Positions 45,591 through 54,607 of a stretch of 64,000 nucleotides of DNA are shown in pieces. Under the pieces are notes generated by a model. The model made no database searches, had not been told where the DNA came from, and worked only from the letters and a program-made list of their open reading frames with translations. A program made the translations under genes and the position numbers. The DNA lies in NCBI GenBank assembly GCA_965248995.1, contig CBDFKY010000006.1:101729-165728 (forward strand). The letters are read 5' to 3'. The first letter of the stretch is position 1. The number at the start of each line of letters is the position of its first letter. This stretch comes from Rickettsiales bacterium (GTDB taxonomy: Bacteria; Pseudomonadota; Alphaproteobacteria; Rickettsiales; UBA998).

Positions 45591-46259
45591 TTACGCGATA
45601 AATCCTTGCGTCCGCTTGAAATATGCGTAATCTGGTGACAGGGACTTCACCGGCGTCGCGGGAACACCCGAATACAGCATATGCGTATCACCGTACGCTT
45701 TCTGCAACGTGGAACCCGCTCCCAGCGCAGAATAATCCGGCAGTACGGCGCCTTTGAGCAGGATGCTTCCCGCCCCCACCATGCAGTAATTGCCGATGGT
45801 GATCGGAGCGCTTTCCTGGCGGTTGAGCTCCATGTTGACGCTGTGGCTGAAAAAGCAGGTGCGCATGCCGGCGATAATTGTAAACGCGCCGATGGTGACC
45901 GTGTTGCAGCAATCCACGTAATGCCGCCCTGTCAGGCTGCTGTGGCGGCCGATGATCAGCGCCGGGATGCGGGCCGGTTCGCCCGCGAAATGGACGCGGG
46001 AATGCGAGGGAATGGCGCTGATGACGTTGAAAGGCCCGATATTCGCGCCTTCGCTCATCTCCAACCGGTCGAGCTGCTTGATGATCGTGAAATTGCCGAT
46101 GCGCGCCCCTTGTGCCATGCCGACTTTCCGGCACATGACCAGCGAGAAGCCGATTCGTGCGCCGGGCGCGATCTCGTACCCGAACAGGCGGTGATAGGCG
46201 ATGCGTTTCAACGGCATCGGCAGGAACATCACTATAATATGAATGATTTTTCTGAACAT
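45591..46259 (-). CDS. hexapeptide-repeat (LbH) acyl/acetyltransferase
   Basis: 222 aa. Repeated [LIV]G-x4 hexapeptides (IGNFTII, IGPFNVI, IGAFTII, IGNYCMVGAGSILLKG). WcaF-like. Confidence 0.8.
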   Translation of the reverse strand: MFRKIIHIIVMFLPMPLKRIAYHRLFGYEIAPGARIGFSLVMCRKVGMAQGARIGNFTIIKQLDRLEMSEGANIGPFNVISAIPSHSRVHFAGEPARIPALIIGRHSSLTGRHYVDCCNTVTIGAFTIIAGMRTCFFSHSVNMELNRQESAPITIGNYCMVGAGSILLKGAVLPDYSALGAGSTLQKAYGDTHMLYSGVPATPVKSLSPDYAYFKRTQGFIA

Positions 46260-46350
46260 CCCCTATTCATAGCAAATGAAGCGTTAAAAATAAAGTACTG
46301 TCATGAAAGCATCATACCACTTTCTACATTCCTATGGTATAATTTAGTAT

Positions 46351-47403
46351 ATGGGAGAAAACTTGGTCGATAGTGCGGGTGTCTCGACTATGCGCATTCC
46401 GCATCGTCTTAAACCTTTGCGACAAAAACTAGCAGAGGGGGAAAAAGAAGAGCGTCGAATCAATTTTGTCAGTTCCACCCGCATCGATACGGCGGACGGT
46501 CCGGTGTATCATGTCGACATTAAAGAGGTGCCCGGCACCGAGAAAGTCACCTGGATCGAGAAGGCGACGCAGCGTGATTTCGCGATCGGCGTGAGTCTCG
46601 GCGGCGTTGCCGTACTGGCGATGATGACGTTGACCGGCGGCGCGGCCCTGCCGATCGCCCCCTCCCTGCTGCCGTTCATCGGCGCGGTGATCGGCGGCAT
46701 CAGCGACTTCCGCCGCAATGACAAGGAATTGAAGGAAGGGGTGGATATCGGCCCGCCCAAGCGTTTCAACCGCGATCTCATTAAAAGCGCGCTCGGTTAC
46801 GGGTTCATGGCGAAACTGCTGCTGATCGGCGTCAGCGTGGCGATCGCGGCCAGCGGCCTGCCGATTCCGGGCGCGGCGGGTCTGGTCCATGCCTGGGCGG
46901 CGGGCGGCGGGTTGCTGACGCAGATCGGCCACGTGGCGGAAATGCTGCCGAGCGTGATCGGCTGGGGTGCGTTCGCCATCGGCGCCAGCTGCGGCGCGGT
47001 GAAAGGTTCGGAAATCGGCTATGCGCGGATGCAGCGGGAATATCTGGCGGCGAAAACCAAGAACGAACGGCCCGAGCTCGGCGTATCCGTCACGCCGGAA
47101 CAGTCGCTTGGCGTGCCCGAACTGGTGGCGAACGTCGTCGCTCCCACGATACTGCCGGTCGGGCTGGCAGGAGACCTGGTGGCGGCGACCCAGTCGGCGG
47201 TCGATCAGCGCGCCACCGCCAATGAACGCAAAGCATGGCATCCGAAAGACGACCAGAAGCTGGGTTTCACCTTTACCAACGCGGTGACGTCGCACCAGGC
47301 GGGAGAACGCCTGCGGTTCGACGGTTCCTCTTCCCTCGCCGAACAGATCGGCAAACAGCGGGAAACGGCGGCTGTGCAAGGCATAGCTCAGATTGGCGGC
47401 TGA
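46351..47403 (+). CDS. hypothetical membrane protein with glycine-zipper-like helices
   Basis: 350 aa. Several Gly/Ala-rich hydrophobic segments (GVSLGGVAVLAMMTLTGGAALPIAP..., IGASCGAVKGSEIG). The long antisense ORF is Arg-rich and rejected. Confidence 0.6.
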   Translation: MGENLVDSAGVSTMRIPHRLKPLRQKLAEGEKEERRINFVSSTRIDTADGPVYHVDIKEVPGTEKVTWIEKATQRDFAIGVSLGGVAVLAMMTLTGGAALPIAPSLLPFIGAVIGGISDFRRNDKELKEGVDIGPPKRFNRDLIKSALGYGFMAKLLLIGVSVAIAASGLPIPGAAGLVHAWAAGGGLLTQIGHVAEMLPSVIGWGAFAIGASCGAVKGSEIGYARMQREYLAAKTKNERPELGVSVTPEQSLGVPELVANVVAPTILPVGLAGDLVAATQSAVDQRATANERKAWHPKDDQKLGFTFTNAVTSHQAGERLRFDGSSSLAEQIGKQRETAAVQGIAQIGG

Positions 47404-47622
47404 CGCTTTCCTGCCTTTATGACAGATCCGTGAAGGATCCGGGACAAAAACATGACAGGTATATGTCAATCACATGAAGATTAATATTCAATTAATAAAA
47501 CGGCTTTTTTATTATGCTGTTTTGTAGTAAGGTAACAATACAAGCAAATGATTTATGAAATACATGGATCATTTTATTAACAAATAACCTTTATACTACT
47601 TACACAATTTAGGAGAATTAAA

Positions 47623-50067
47623 ATGGCTGATTCAGACCAACCTGCACAAGTAACCAAAGATTTCCCTCTTGAAGTTCAGGGCGACCTTCTTCCCGGCATG
47701 CAAGGCAACCCTGCTGGAGCTTCTACCGGACCTGACGGAGTTACTGTAACACCTACGAAAATTCCAAATTTAACGCCGGACCAAATCCACAACTGGACTG
47801 TACCAGACGCATCTTTTGTTCTTATTGACGCTAAAACGAACAAGCCAATTATTGGGGCTGACGGTCAGGTACAAATGTTAACGGGTGCTACGGTCAATGG
47901 TAATGTTCCGGAACTATTTGAACAGCTTAAAGCGAATCCTGACCAAAAAACCTATACCTTACCAGATGGTAGAATCGTTCCTTTATATACTTCTAAGGAT
48001 CTTCCCCATACTACCACATTAGTGAATGGGGTTCCAACAGAAGTCATTTTGTCGGCAACCCCGGAGACCATCAGCAGAACGCCTGGAACTCAAAATGGTG
48101 ATCGTTTAACTGAAAAGAATCCTGATGGTAGCTATAAATCAGACCCCTATGAAAACGGACAGTTAAATGGGGTTAAAGTATTATCTGCGGCTACCAGTAT
48201 TACGCTTAAAGATGGAACAAAAGTCCCTGTTACGATTGAGCATCAATTAGATACCACAGGAATTCCCGGAAAAGGCCAGCTTAGTGATGTAGAAAATGGA
48301 AGCGGAGCCATTCAATCGGACATTGACAAAACAACTGTCAAATCGGCGACTGTTAACATTCCCACAACCGCGATAACGCCTTTTAAGGATGTCAATCCCA
48401 ATGCATTCCGTGATGGCAAAATCACATTTGACGATCCCAAGTCGCATATAGAAAAAGGGCAGTCCACCACTGAAATCGAAAGACAACGTTTTGTTGAACA
48501 GACAAAAGCTAAACCTGGTGATATCGTCAATTTCGGTCCTTTCGTACCTAATACCGTACAACTTACGGGAGAAGGGTTGAAAATCAAACCTGCCATAGGT
48601 GTTCAAAGTGGTGGAGCGGATCAAGCTATTTTGGCAGGAGACACCACCCTTGGTTATTCCGTTCCCCTAGGAAAAGCGGATGCTTACAATAAAGGCAGTG
48701 GCGTAGGCACTTTCTTCGTGGATGGTAGCGTAAACCTTGAAAACATTGCCCATCCTAAACTTGGCGCTCCAAAAGCGGGGGTAACAGCAGGGGTAAGATT
48801 AAGTACACCGCTGTTAGAGCCTGATGACAAAGGCGTGATGAGAACAACAAAACATGCTGAGTATATACAAGCGAGTGTTGGAGCCAGTCTGGTTCCAGAC
48901 ACCCAAAATGTGGACGTTCTCGCCATTACGCCTGTTACCAAAACGCCTATCAACCAGGTAACCGATACAGCTCATAAGGAACAGGCAGGAAAAGTACTGG
49001 GTACGGAAACGGTTAGTGGCAACAATGTTCAAAACGGAACAACTCCTCAAACTACGACTGCAACTACAAGGGAAACGGGTACCTCCGTTAGCTATAACGG
49101 GGCTGAAGTAGGCCGCGATACCCATGTGGCAACGACTGTGGCAGTGACAAATGGCACACCTAACTTAGGTTCTGTTGAAAGACACGTAGATAAAGTGGAT
49201 TTCGCACCAAATGGGCAATTCGTTGCGGTGGGTGATGCCAAGACTCTCTCTACCGACAGGACCAGCAAGCAGATCGGTACCCAAGTTGAGCGAGGTGAAA
49301 CCACCGTTGAAAGAGGGGATCCAAATTTGTCTACAGGGATTGTTATCACACCAGATCTACGCATAGGGTCAACCAACTTGCACCATGCACTGGATACAGG
49401 AGGACTCTATTACGATGTCAATGCAGGTGTTCAAGCAAACATTATGACGAACGGTATGGGGGCGACTCCTTTTGCAAGAGCGGGAGGTGATCTTGGATTT
49501 GCTGCTGACAATAGCACGTGGTCATTGAATGTCGAAGACCGCCAAAATCTTGAAAACGGCAAAAACGATTTTAGAGCAGGTCTTAAGTTTCAGGTCCATA
49601 ACAACGGCAAACCACTTTCTCCCGAAGAGCACGCAAAGCTTGTGGCCAACCAAGCCGCATTGGGAATCGGTAAACCGTTGACGCCGGAAACCGCTACGGC
49701 ATTGTCACAGGAAAGTGTGGCGAATGCGCCGAAAGTGGCAAAAGAGCACCAAGACAATGTCGCAACTATTACGAAGATCGGTGTTGAACCAGTGCTTAAA
49801 GTCTTGAATGGCATTGCGGAAAGTGATTCAGGAGGACGAGACTTCGCAAGTGCGGTCAAAAAGCTTCAGGAGACTAACACACTAACTCCGGAAGCACTCG
49901 CCAAAGAGGCTGAATTACATCTTGGAGGCAAGCTGACGCAGGCAGTGAAAGAAGCAAACGCTAAAGAACAAGCAAAAGCGGCAGTTCCTCTTTCTCCGAC
50001 GTTGGCACCTGCATCCAGTACCAATAAAAGTGTGCCTCAAGAAACAGGTGTGGGTGCACAACGTTAA
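47623..50067 (+). CDS. large Thr/Gly/Asn-rich hypothetical protein (AT-rich islet), no signal peptide
   Basis: 814 aa, no Cys, beta-rich composition, Lys/Ala-rich helical tail. AT-rich with a long AT-rich upstream region. Confidence 0.65.
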   Translation: MADSDQPAQVTKDFPLEVQGDLLPGMQGNPAGASTGPDGVTVTPTKIPNLTPDQIHNWTVPDASFVLIDAKTNKPIIGADGQVQMLTGATVNGNVPELFEQLKANPDQKTYTLPDGRIVPLYTSKDLPHTTTLVNGVPTEVILSATPETISRTPGTQNGDRLTEKNPDGSYKSDPYENGQLNGVKVLSAATSITLKDGTKVPVTIEHQLDTTGIPGKGQLSDVENGSGAIQSDIDKTTVKSATVNIPTTAITPFKDVNPNAFRDGKITFDDPKSHIEKGQSTTEIERQRFVEQTKAKPGDIVNFGPFVPNTVQLTGEGLKIKPAIGVQSGGADQAILAGDTTLGYSVPLGKADAYNKGSGVGTFFVDGSVNLENIAHPKLGAPKAGVTAGVRLSTPLLEPDDKGVMRTTKHAEYIQASVGASLVPDTQNVDVLAITPVTKTPINQVTDTAHKEQAGKVLGTETVSGNNVQNGTTPQTTTATTRETGTSVSYNGAEVGRDTHVATTVAVTNGTPNLGSVERHVDKVDFAPNGQFVAVGDAKTLSTDRTSKQIGTQVERGETTVERGDPNLSTGIVITPDLRIGSTNLHHALDTGGLYYDVNAGVQANIMTNGMGATPFARAGGDLGFAADNSTWSLNVEDRQNLENGKNDFRAGLKFQVHNNGKPLSPEEHAKLVANQAALGIGKPLTPETATALSQESVANAPKVAKEHQDNVATITKIGVEPVLKVLNGIAESDSGGRDFASAVKKLQETNTLTPEALAKEAELHLGGKLTQAVKEANAKEQAKAAVPLSPTLAPASSTNKSVPQETGVGAQR

Positions 50068-50195
50068 ATCTGGGGCAATGCTATTTAACTCTCCACCACC
50101 GTCACGGGTTCGCCTGTGGCGGTGGTGGTATGTTTGGGGGATGGGTTGTGGTGCCGCTTGCGTTTTGGGCAGGCGGGCGCTAAGTTCTGCCTCCT

Positions 50196-51530
50196 ATGGT
50201 ACAGTCAGAATTTTTGCGCCGCATGGAGATGCGCGGCTATATGCATCAGGCCACCCATCTGGAGGCGCTGGATGCGCTGATGGGTGCTGGCGAAGCAGTC
50301 CCTGCCTATATAGGGTTCGACTGCACCGCTCCCAGCCTGCATGTCGGCAGCCTGATGCAGATCATGATTTTGCGTCACCTGCAACAATGCGGCCACAAAC
50401 CGATCGTGCTGCTGGGTGGGTTCACCACCAAAATCGGTGATCCTTCGGGGAAGGATGCTTCGCGCAACGCACTGGATGACGCCACCATCGCGAAGAACAA
50501 GGCGGGCATCCGGCAGGTGTTTGAAAACTTTCTCACCTTCGGCGATGGGCCGGCGGATGCCGTGATGGTCGATAACGACGACTGGCTGGGACAGATGAAC
50601 GTGAGTACGTTTTTGCGAGATATAGGGCGGTATTTCTCTGTTAACCGCATGGTTAAGATGGATAGTGTCAAGCTGCGTCTGGAGCGCGAAAGCAATCTCA
50701 GTTTCCTGGAATTCAGCTATATGCTGATGCAGTCCTACGACTTTGTGGAATTGAACAGGCGTTATGGCTGCCGCCTGCAGATCGGCGGGTCGGACCAATG
50801 GGGCAATATCGTGATGGGTATCGAGCTGCATCAAAAGACAGGGGTGCAAATTTCCAGTCTGGACATGAAAGATGCCATGCGTATCAGTGGCGAATTTCTG
50901 GATGATCCAAGCCGTTCCTCTCCAAAGGAATGGAGTGCTTCTTCGCCGGTATTCGGCCTTACCACACCACTCCTCACCACCGCATCCGGTGCGAAAATGG
51001 GTAAAACGGCGGACGGCGCGGTATGGCTGAATGCCGATATGCTCTCACCCTATGACTACTGGCAGTTCTGGCGCAACTGCGATGACGGGGATGTCGGGCG
51101 ATTCCTGAAACTGTTTACGGAACTGTCGCTGGAAGAAATCGCCGAACTGGAAAAAGGCGCGAATATCAACGATGCCAAGAAAGTGCTGGCGACGGAAACC
51201 ACCGCTCTGCTGCATGGGCGCGAGGCCGCCGGGCAGGCGGCGGAGACAGCCCGGCGCACGTTTGAGGAAGGGGGGAGCGATGCCAACCTGCCGACCATAA
51301 GCCTGTCTTTGGCTGACGTGGGGGATACTTTGCCTGCTTTCAAACTGTTCCAGTTAAGCAGCCTTGCCACCTCCGCGTCCGAAGCAAAGCGCTTGATTCA
51401 GGGAGGGGGGGCACGGTTGGATGATGAGAAAATCACGGATGAAAACATGGCGCTGGTGCTGTCAGCCGGAACGACCTTCAAACTCGCTGCCGGGAAAAAG
51501 AAGTATCTGCTGGTAAAGATCGAAGCCTGA
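50196..51530 (+). CDS. tyrS: tyrosine--tRNA ligase
   Basis: 444 aa. [14 protein letters not shown] (HIGH-type), KMGKT (KMSKS-type) and a C-terminal S4-like domain. Carries an extra ~30-aa segment before the KMGKT loop. Confidence 0.93.
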   Translation: MVQSEFLRRMEMRGYMHQATHLEALDALMGAGEAVPAYIGFDCTAPSLHVGSLMQIMILRHLQQCGHKPIVLLGGFTTKIGDPSGKDASRNALDDATIAKNKAGIRQVFENFLTFGDGPADAVMVDNDDWLGQMNVSTFLRDIGRYFSVNRMVKMDSVKLRLERESNLSFLEFSYMLMQSYDFVELNRRYGCRLQIGGSDQWGNIVMGIELHQKTGVQISSLDMKDAMRISGEFLDDPSRSSPKEWSASSPVFGLTTPLLTTASGAKMGKTADGAVWLNADMLSPYDYWQFWRNCDDGDVGRFLKLFTELSLEEIAELEKGANINDAKKVLATETTALLHGREAAGQAAETARRTFEEGGSDANLPTISLSLADVGDTLPAFKLFQLSSLATSASEAKRLIQGGGARLDDEKITDENMALVLSAGTTFKLAAGKKKYLLVKIEA

Positions 51531-51663
51531 AACATGCTCCAGGTTTTTTCTGCAAAGACACGAATCCGGTAATGCGGTAAAAGATGGTTTGCTTGGCGGC
51601 CCTTCAGGTCCTGCCTCCGCAGACCCGAAGGGCTGCGTTAGCGAAATAACGAAACTTCGGAGT

Positions 51664-51987
51664 CTAACCGCGGTTCTTTTTCTCCTCGATCCCCGACTTG
51701 TTTTCCCGTTTGCTCATTTCCTCCATCACCTGATCCAGGGTGACCCCGGCGCTTTCCAGTCCGAGCATGACATGGAATATCAGGTCCGCCGCCTCGTAAA
51801 TCACTTCCTGTTTATCATCCAGGACCAGCGCCAGCGCCAGTTCCACGCCTTCCTCGCCGATCTTCTGGGCGATTTTGGCGGGGCCTTTGGCGAAACGTTT
51901 CGCCACATAAGACACGGACGGGTCGGCGCTTTTGCGTATCCGGATGGTGTTTTCTATGGTACGCAGAATGCTGAGCGGATCGGTCAT
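51664..51987 (-). CDS. hisE: phosphoribosyl-ATP pyrophosphatase
   Basis: 107 aa. SYVAKRFAKGPAKIAQKIGEEGVELALA and EAADLIFHVM motifs. The start overlaps the etfA stop (ATGA). Confidence 0.9.
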   Translation of the reverse strand: MTDPLSILRTIENTIRIRKSADPSVSYVAKRFAKGPAKIAQKIGEEGVELALALVLDDKQEVIYEAADLIFHVMLGLESAGVTLDQVMEEMSKRENKSGIEEKKNRG

Positions 51988-52907
51988 GAGAGTTTCCTGG
52001 TAAGTTCGGGCAGTACGTCGAATAAATCCGCCACCAGACCGTAATCCGCCACTTCGAAGATCGGGGCGTTTTCATCCTTGTTGATGGCGACGATCACTTT
52101 CGCTTCCTTCATTCCCGCCAGATGCTGGATCGCCCCCGAAATGCCGACCGCGATATAAAGGGCCGGCGCCACCACCTTGCCTGTCTGTCCCACCTGATAA
52201 TCATTCGGGACATATCCGGCATCCACCGCGGCGCGTGAAGCACCCACCGCCGCACCGAGCGCGTCGGCCAGTTGTTCGATGAGGGCGAAATGTTCTTTTG
52301 CGCCTAACCCTCGTCCACCGGAGACGACGATTTTCGCGGCGGTCAGTTCGGGACGGGCGCTTGTCGACGCGCTCATGGAGACCAGCTGCGTTATCGCTGC
52401 CGCGGCATCCGGCGCGGGTAAAACCATGATTTCCGCGTTGCCCCCGTCGGCGGCCGCCTGCGCGAAACTGGTGGGGCGGATAGTGAGCAGGTGGCGCGGG
52501 CCCAGGCTTTGGACGGTTTCAAACGCGTTGCCGGCATATATGGGGCGGATGAACGTATCGGGCGTCAGAATGGCGGTAAGGTCTGATATCTGCTGGATGT
52601 CAAGCAGGGCCGCGAGGCGGGGAGCCAGATCTTTCCCGGTCGTGGTGGCGGGCAGGACGATATGCGTATAATTTTCCGCGAGCGAAGCCAGGGTGAGCGC
52701 GAGCGGTTCCGCCAGCGTGATATCCCCGGACGGCACGTGCAGCACCTTGGATATGCCGGCACATGCGGCCGCCTGCGCTGCCGCCTGCTCTTCCCCTGCC
52801 ACGAACACATCCGCACCGCCGCCCAGCTGGAGGGCTGCCGTCGTGGCGGCGCGGGTGGCGGGAGTCAGGATTCCATGAGAATATTCCGCGATGACCAGTG
52901 CCGTCAT
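51984..52907 (-). CDS. etfA: electron transfer flavoprotein alpha subunit
   Basis: 307 aa. The C-terminal FAD-binding motif [28 protein letters not shown] is typical. Confidence 0.93.
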   Translation of the reverse strand: MTALVIAEYSHGILTPATRAATTAALQLGGGADVFVAGEEQAAAQAAACAGISKVLHVPSGDITLAEPLALTLASLAENYTHIVLPATTTGKDLAPRLAALLDIQQISDLTAILTPDTFIRPIYAGNAFETVQSLGPRHLLTIRPTSFAQAAADGGNAEIMVLPAPDAAAAITQLVSMSASTSARPELTAAKIVVSGGRGLGAKEHFALIEQLADALGAAVGASRAAVDAGYVPNDYQVGQTGKVVAPALYIAVGISGAIQHLAGMKEAKVIVAINKDENAPIFEVADYGLVADLFDVLPELTRKLS

Positions 52908-52908
52908 G

Positions 52909-53658
52909 TCATATCACCTTCGCCTGATTACGGAGCGCTTCGATCAGCGCATCAACGTTCGCGACCTTCACCCCGCCACCGCGTTTGGCGGGGGCCGACA
53001 CTTTCACGAGGCGGGTGCGCGGCGTCAGATCGACGCCGAGCGAGGTGACATCGACGGTTTCCAGCGGTCTGGAGCGCGCTTTCATAATGTTGGGCAGCGT
53101 GGCGTAGCGCGGCTGGTTGAGGCGCAGATCCGTGGTGATGACGCAGGGCAGGGGCGTGCGCACCGTCATCAGGCCGCCGTCCACTTCGCGGATGACGACC
53201 GCCTGCCCGTCTTGAATCGTGACGTTTGAGGCGAACGTCGCCTGGCCCCAGCCGAGCAGTCCCGCCACCATCGGGCCGGTCTGAGCGGCGTCATCGTCGA
53301 TCGCCTGTTTGCCGAGCAGGATGATGTCCGGTAGTCTCATTTTCACCTGCGCCGCGATCAGTTTCGCCGCCATCAGCGGCTCGATAGCCGCATCCGTTTT
53401 GAGATGCACCGCGTTATCCGCCCCCATCGCCAACCCTGCCCGCAGGGTCTCGATCACCGCGTCCGGCCCGATGGAAAGAACGGTGACGGACGCCGCCACC
53501 CCTGCCTCGCGAAGGCGGAGCGCCTCTTCCACCGCGATTTCATCGAACGGGTTTATCGACATCTTGACACCGGCGAGATCGACGCCAGTCTCATCGGTGC
53601 GGACCCGCACCCGCACGTTGTAGTCCACGACTCGTTTGACGGCGACCAGAATGTTCAT
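52909..53658 (-). CDS. etfB: electron transfer flavoprotein beta subunit
   Basis: 249 aa. MNILVAVKRVVDYNVRVRV... and GKQAIDDDAAQTG motifs. Confidence 0.93.
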   Translation of the reverse strand: MNILVAVKRVVDYNVRVRVRTDETGVDLAGVKMSINPFDEIAVEEALRLREAGVAASVTVLSIGPDAVIETLRAGLAMGADNAVHLKTDAAIEPLMAAKLIAAQVKMRLPDIILLGKQAIDDDAAQTGPMVAGLLGWGQATFASNVTIQDGQAVVIREVDGGLMTVRTPLPCVITTDLRLNQPRYATLPNIMKARSRPLETVDVTSLGVDLTPRTRLVKVSAPAKRGGGVKVANVDALIEALRNQAKVI

Positions 53659-53729
53659 GGAATGATGTTAGCGCGTTTTGCCGCTAAAGTAAAATCCTAA
53701 CACCCGCCGGTTGTTGAGAAGAAAGAAGA

Positions 53730-54521
53730 TCATCGACCTTGACTATGGGAAGAATTTTCTCTTTTTTTCTGAGGAAATTCCACCAACCTGTCACCGACTG
53801 AAACAGTGCCCTGCTGGACGCCGTCCGCCTGCGTGTTGATGGAGGCGGTGACCGGTTTTCTGATCTGTCCGGCACCGGGTTTCTCCCGGGCGTCGTTTAT
53901 ACGCATCGTATACCGCCAGTCGAACTGCGCCGTTTCGGGATCACGCGCCGGCATGGTGCAGCGAACGCAGGGATTTGAGTTGATGATCCTTAGATCTCCC
54001 AGTTTGAACCGTTTGCCTACCAGGCGTTCTTCGCCAAACGCGTCCATCCCTTCAATAACGACATTCGAACGCAGACGTCTTTTCGTATCGTTATGACTGG
54101 TTTCCGCTTCTATCGCATCCACCGTGGCCTGGCTGATGATGGTAGGGCCGGTGAAGATGTCCTGTTCATCGCAAAAACCGGTTTCGTCGTCGCGCTCCAG
54201 CGTGAGTTTTTCATGGATGGCCTCGCTCATCCATGCGGCTGCTTCCTTTGCCTGGGTATGCAGATCGAATTTCGCGGGTTCAGGGGCGCCTTCCACGCCA
54301 GGCATGGAAAAAGAAGCATGGCGGAACGTTTCATCGAAATCCACTCGCACCTTGAACAACGCTTTATTGTTCGTGCCATTGAGCTGGATTCCGCTTTCTT
54401 TCCTGAACGCATATTCCCGGTCATGCCGGAAACTGCCATTGGCACGCAGGGAGGCGGCTTTCACTTCTACTCCGTCGAACGATTTGATCGGAAAAATATT
54501 CAACTGGGTTATTTCAGGCAT
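53730..54521 (-). CDS. MOSC domain-containing protein
   Basis: 263 aa. N-terminal beta-barrel (IFPIKSFDGVE) and MOSC core with the conserved Cys (NSNPCVRCTMP). Confidence 0.85.
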   Translation of the reverse strand: MPEITQLNIFPIKSFDGVEVKAASLRANGSFRHDREYAFRKESGIQLNGTNNKALFKVRVDFDETFRHASFSMPGVEGAPEPAKFDLHTQAKEAAAWMSEAIHEKLTLERDDETGFCDEQDIFTGPTIISQATVDAIEAETSHNDTKRRLRSNVVIEGMDAFGEERLVGKRFKLGDLRIINSNPCVRCTMPARDPETAQFDWRYTMRINDAREKPGAGQIRKPVTASINTQADGVQQGTVSVGDRLVEFPQKKRENSSHSQGR

Positions 54522-54607
54522 GATGGTTCCTGTCTGCGTATGATCGCGGTATCATTTACCAATACATACTAATTTAATTTTATTAAATTCCAAACAACAA
54601 AATGAAT

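Noticed and set aside
46429-47469. 346-aa minus-strand ORF
   Set aside because: It is antisense to the 350-aa membrane protein. The plus-strand product has coherent transmembrane segments, while the minus-strand product is Arg-rich with no structure.
51541-51640. Terminator or repeat element between the convergent tyrS and hisE
   Set aside because: A long hairpin (GGCCCTTC...GAAGGGCT with inner GGTC/GACC) is present. It lacks a U-run and I found no second copy in the window, so its function is undetermined.
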